IMG/VR virus record: IMGVR_UViG_3300034082_001676
Location: 1 to 64,000 of that record
Reading direction: 5' to 3' (one strand)
Length of the DNA stretch: 64,000 nt
Origin: an uncultured virus (IMG/VR IMGVR_UViG_3300034082_001676)
Taxonomy: Duplodnaviria; Heunggongvirae; Uroviricota; Caudoviricetes
Part shown: in pieces, positions 62,497 through 64,000 of the stretch
Layout: every line of letters begins with the position of its first letter
Numbering within the stretch: the stretch's first letter is position 1
The notes under the pieces: generated by a model
Told to the model about the DNA's origin: nothing
Databases searched by the model: none
Seen by the model: only the letters and a program-made list of their open reading frames with translations
Program-made: the position numbers and the translations under genes

Positions 62497-63719
62497 TTTT
62501 TTAAAAACTCAAATTTTTCAAACGTTTCATCTCTTGCGCCGTCAAGTGTTTTATTATACTCTAAAAACTTATTCCATTTAGTGTTATCATATTGTTCAGA
62601 TCCATTAAAAAATCTAACAACATCTCTAATACTATTGCCTACATTTAATTGTAAACCGTTCAAGTTGTCTTGATGTTTTAGATAAGATTCTAGTTTTACT
62701 TTAATTTCTTGCCGGGCTTCACCGGTCCAGATTCTACTGTCTAAGAACTTTGGCCAAGTGACAAAATGAACTCCTGTGAACACCTTCATATTTTTGAACC
62801 ATTCGAACGTTTCGGGGACATAGTAAATGTTCAGCGCCTGTACTGTTATTTTTCCCTGTATAAAAACATTAGGTAATTCTTTCTGCAATAGTCTTATGTT
62901 ATCTTCGATTACTTTGCTATCTGCTCCTGATCTAATATATTCATTAAGATCTGGAGGCCCATCTAAACTCACTGCTGCAATAACTTTTTTAAATTTTTTC
63001 CAGTAATCAACTACATTGTATTTTTTATTAGATAGCATACTTAAATTAGTTGCATAATTTAAAGTAATCTTATCAGCGCGATGCATTACACTTTCAAGAA
63101 TTCTATAATGATCATTGTCGTATAAAGGTTCGCCGCCCGCAAACCAAATTTCATCTACATTACTCATCAACTCTGGTAAGTTTTCAAAAAATTCTTCCGG
63201 ATAACTCTTTAACAATGATTTTTTAGTTAGATTAAGATCTATCATTTCTTGTTGCCAACTATCTTCGTGTAGGTGTGATATTTTTTTATAATCTTCAAAC
63301 CAACGTGTACTATCCATAGGGTGGCACATACGACATTTAAAATTGCAAAGATTGCTAAGTTTAAATTCTATCCAAGTAGGCTTATTGTTTAAACTATAAT
63401 CTTCGTTAATAGATTTTAAATTTGTTTCTGCATTAATTACCTGTCTGCCCACTGAAGAGCTGTTGTACTTCATACGAAGACTTTGGGCGCCAACATCTTC
63501 CAGTTTCCAGCAGACATCACAGCGTTCGTTTCTAACGCCGTTTATAAGGTCGTTGCGAAGCTGTTTCATTTCTTCGTTGTTCCAGGCCTGAAGCAAAGTT
63601 TCTTTTTTAATATTTGATAATGCTGGCAAACTTCTGCAGCAGGCCTTTATACTACCGTCAGTTTTAGTAGATAGGTGTGTAAACGGAGCAATACAAAAAG
63701 TTTCTTTTTTTACATCCAT
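62484..63719 (-). CDS. Radical SAM protein with N-terminal twitch/SPASM-like domain
   Basis: FCIAPF...ACC...CDVC then CNFKCRMC, AGGEP. Confidence 0.9.
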   Translation of the reverse strand: MDVKKETFCIAPFTHLSTKTDGSIKACCRSLPALSNIKKETLLQAWNNEEMKQLRNDLINGVRNERCDVCWKLEDVGAQSLRMKYNSSSVGRQVINAETNLKSINEDYSLNNKPTWIEFKLSNLCNFKCRMCHPMDSTRWFEDYKKISHLHEDSWQQEMIDLNLTKKSLLKSYPEEFFENLPELMSNVDEIWFAGGEPLYDNDHYRILESVMHRADKITLNYATNLSMLSNKKYNVVDYWKKFKKVIAAVSLDGPPDLNEYIRSGADSKVIEDNIRLLQKELPNVFIQGKITVQALNIYYVPETFEWFKNMKVFTGVHFVTWPKFLDSRIWTGEARQEIKVKLESYLKHQDNLNGLQLNVGNSIRDVVRFFNGSEQYDNTKWNKFLEYNKTLDGARDETFEKFEFLKKWMK

Positions 63720-64000
63720 CCGCCTTCTCCGTGTATAATCATATGGTATCTTGTCTCGTTGCTTTTATTAATTACAATATGGAAATAGCCAATTCTTATT
63801 CTATTGGTATCACCAGCCTCCCAAGGAACCTGTCCTAAGTATTCCCAATTCTTGTTCCAAAAATGCATTTCGCAGCCTTCTGGATTGATTATAGCCATGT
63901 TGGTTGCCCAGGTATTTGGATCAGGATTATCAGAATGCAGTCCTATCATTCCGCCTGGATCTAGCTTCATTATTCGAAGTCTATGGTATCTGTCTTTAAA
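63710..64000 (-). CDS. Putative 2OG-Fe(II) oxygenase, partial (start outside window)
   Basis: RLRIMKLDPGGMIGLHSD (HxD)...FHIVIN...RYHMIIHG. Confidence 0.7.
   Translation of the reverse strand, partial: FKDRYHRLRIMKLDPGGMIGLHSDNPDPNTWATNMAIINPEGCEMHFWNKNWEYLGQVPWEAGDTNRIRIGYFHIVINKSNETRYHMIIHGEGGWM

Noticed and set aside
1..64000. Bacterial chromosome or alternative genetic code
   Set aside because: Host-like genes lack their usual operon partners and are interleaved with PAAR, baseplate and many tiny phage ORFs; genes end normally at TAA, TAG and TGA.

Overview
A 64 kb segment of a large (jumbo/T4-like, myovirus-type) bacteriophage genome, probably from a freshwater proteobacterial host. 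It is gene-dense, uses the standard code, has near-consensus sigma70 (TTGACA-N17-TATAAT) early promoters and a pervasive TAAATA late-promoter-like motif. No rRNA, tRNA, CRISPR array or transposase was seen. Core phage functions: nrdA, nrdB, glutaredoxin, ATP-dependent DNA ligase, RNA ligase, exonucleases, HNH, PAAR, a baseplate/tail protein and candidate head proteins. Host-like accessory genes are unusually rich: a curli-like operon (CsgF, CsgG, curlin-repeat proteins, FecR domain), heme oxygenase + PcyX-type bilin reductase + 5-aminolevulinate synthase, DnaK/Hsp20/ClpS/ClpP, ribosomal protein bS21, AhpC/AhpD, envelope-lipid enzymes, a putative restriction-modification cassette and a radical SAM cluster. 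Non-coding signals read directly from the sequence: a permuted two-piece tmRNA with an ORF starting in its intervening segment, a riboswitch-like leader before a cell-wall hydrolase, an unidentified pseudoknotted RNA, identical ROSE-like hairpins before hsp20 and dnaK, and many leaderless-type starts. The most unusual element is an array of tiny genes at 53.1-55.3 kb joined by a 21-nt repeat that is conserved at the DNA level, interleaved with a paralog family built from three constant blocks and two variable inserts. All product calls are by motif recognition from memory; no database searches or folding programs were run.
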